Positions 62,662 through 64,000 of a stretch of 64,000 nucleotides of DNA are shown piece by piece. The number at the start of each line of letters is the position of its first letter. Within the stretch, counting starts at the first letter, position 1. A program made the translations under genes and the position numbers. Under the pieces are notes generated by a model, which saw nothing but the letters and a program-made list of their open reading frames with translations, had not been told where the DNA came from and made no database searches. Source of the DNA: Patescibacteria group bacterium (lineage in GTDB: Bacteria > Patescibacteriota > Minisyncoccia > Phycocordibacterales > Phycocordibacteraceae); the NCBI GenBank assembly GCA_018969385.1, contig JAGWYL010000002.1, forward strand, positions 289 through 64,288, read 5' to 3'.

Positions 62662-63456
62662 ATGGATGCCGCGATACGCGTAGAAAACCTGGTGAAGAAG
62701 TTCGGCGATTTTACCGCCGTGGATGACGTCTCCTTTTCCGTCCGGAAGGGAGAGATATTCGCGTTCCTGGGCCCGAACGGGGCGGGGAAGTCGACGACGA
62801 TAAAGATGCTCACGACCTTGCTTGCGCCCACGTCCGGTTCCATCTCCCTGTTCGGCGCGGACCCGGTGACGGATGCGAACGCCGTGCGGCATTCCTTCGG
62901 CATCGTGTTCCAGGACCCTTCGCTCGATGACGACCTCACCGCATACGAGAACCTGGAATTCCACGGCCTCCTCTATAACGTGCCGCGCGCGCTGCTCCAT
63001 GCACGCATCGAAGAGATGCTCGCGTTCGTCGAGCTGTCCGACCGCCGCGACTCTTTCGTGCGCGACTTTTCGGGCGGGATGAAGCGGCGGCTCGAGATAG
63101 CGCGCGGACTCCTGCATCACCCTAAGGTTATCTTCCTCGACGAGCCGACCCTGGGACTCGACCCGCAGACGCGCAACCATCTCTGGAGCTACCTCAAGAA
63201 GCTGAACGAAGACGAGGGCATCACGGTTTTCTTCACGACCCACTATATGGAGGAGGCGGACCGCATCGCGGACCGCATCGCCGTCATCGACGGCGGGAAG
63301 ATCGTCGCGTCCGGCACCGGAGCGGAGCTGAAGTCGAGGACGAAGACGGAAACGCTCGAGGACGCGTTCCTCGAACTCACGGGGCACGCGATACGCGAAG
63401 AGGAAAGCTCTTCGCTCGACCGCATGCGCACCATGCGGCGCGCGCACGGACGCTAG
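62662..63456 (+). CDS. DrrA-like ABC ATP-binding protein
   Basis: GPNGAGKST, FSGGMKRRLEIA, LDEPT, TTHYMEEA. Confidence 0.93.
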   Translation: MDAAIRVENLVKKFGDFTAVDDVSFSVRKGEIFAFLGPNGAGKSTTIKMLTTLLAPTSGSISLFGADPVTDANAVRHSFGIVFQDPSLDDDLTAYENLEFHGLLYNVPRALLHARIEEMLAFVELSDRRDSFVRDFSGGMKRRLEIARGLLHHPKVIFLDEPTLGLDPQTRNHLWSYLKKLNEDEGITVFFTTHYMEEADRIADRIAVIDGGKIVASGTGAELKSRTKTETLEDAFLELTGHAIREEESSSLDRMRTMRRAHGR

Positions 63457-63458
63457 GT

Positions 63459-64000
63459 ATGATGAACGCCATCTACGTGATGTGGCTCCGGGAAGTGAAG
63501 CGGTTCATCCGCTCCAAGTCCCGCATCGTGGGCTCTCTCGCGCAGCCGCTCCTGTTCCTCCTCGCGTTCGGCTACGGCTTCGGCGCGGTGTACGCGAAAG
63601 CGGGGCAGGGCAATTACATCGAGTTCCTCGGTCCCGGCATCATCGGCATGTCCATCATCTTCACGTCCATCTTCAACGGCATGCAGGTCATCTGGGACCG
63701 GCAGTTCGGATTCTTGAAGGAGACCTTGGTGGCGCCCGTGCCGCGGCTCGCCATCATGTTCGGGCGCACCTTGGGCGGCGCGACGGTCGCATCCTTGCAG
63801 GGCGTCATCGTGCTCATTGCCGTCATCGCCGTCGGCTTCCGTCCAGACTCGTGGCTCCTCGTCATTCCGGCGATATGCATCATGCTCTCCGTCGGCCTCC
63901 TCTTCAGCGCGCTCGGCATCATGGTCGCGTCACTCCTGCGCGACATGCAGGGCTTCCAGCTCATCATGAACTTTCTCGTGATGCCGCTCTTCTTCCTCTC
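63459..64000 (+). CDS. ABC-2 (DrrB-like) permease; 3' end lies outside the window
   Basis: MMNAIYVMWLREVKRF..QPLLFL..PGIIGM..WDRQFGFLKETLVAP. Confidence 0.88.
   Translation, partial: MMNAIYVMWLREVKRFIRSKSRIVGSLAQPLLFLLAFGYGFGAVYAKAGQGNYIEFLGPGIIGMSIIFTSIFNGMQVIWDRQFGFLKETLVAPVPRLAIMFGRTLGGATVASLQGVIVLIAVIAVGFRPDSWLLVIPAICIMLSVGLLFSALGIMVASLLRDMQGFQLIMNFLVMPLFFL

Overview
High-GC bacterial chromosome segment in the standard genetic code (TGA is stop). The compact gene set, short RpoB, rpoB-rpoC-dnaG-rpoD order and many apparently leaderless genes suggest a Patescibacteria/CPR (Parcubacteria-like) genome; this assignment is inference. Housekeeping genes: short SMC-like ATPase, gdhA, rnr, rpsP-khpA-trmD, rpoBC, dnaG, rpoD, hisS, prmC, UvrD-nuclease, PIF1-like helicase. 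There are also MacAB-type and Emr/MarR/ABC efflux operons and a P-type H+-ATPase. Three things stand out. (1) An Ehr/hydrogenase-4-like membrane complex in which the large subunit lacks NiFe cysteines, the small subunit has replaced all four Fe-S cysteines and no ferredoxin subunit is encoded, so it appears to be free of redox cofactors. (2) A tandem array of three phospho-His swivel-domain proteins with variable substrate domains and only one ATP-grasp domain, divergent from a histidine phosphatase. (3) At least three families of small palindromic or heptamer repeats that insert in frame in protein genes (trmD, prmC, an FAD oxidoreductase), bracket the Ehr operon and sit beside ORFan cassettes; one cassette has 30-bp terminal inverted repeats. 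No rRNA, tRNA, CRISPR array or transposase was recognised. All calls come from reading the sequence by eye; no searches were run.
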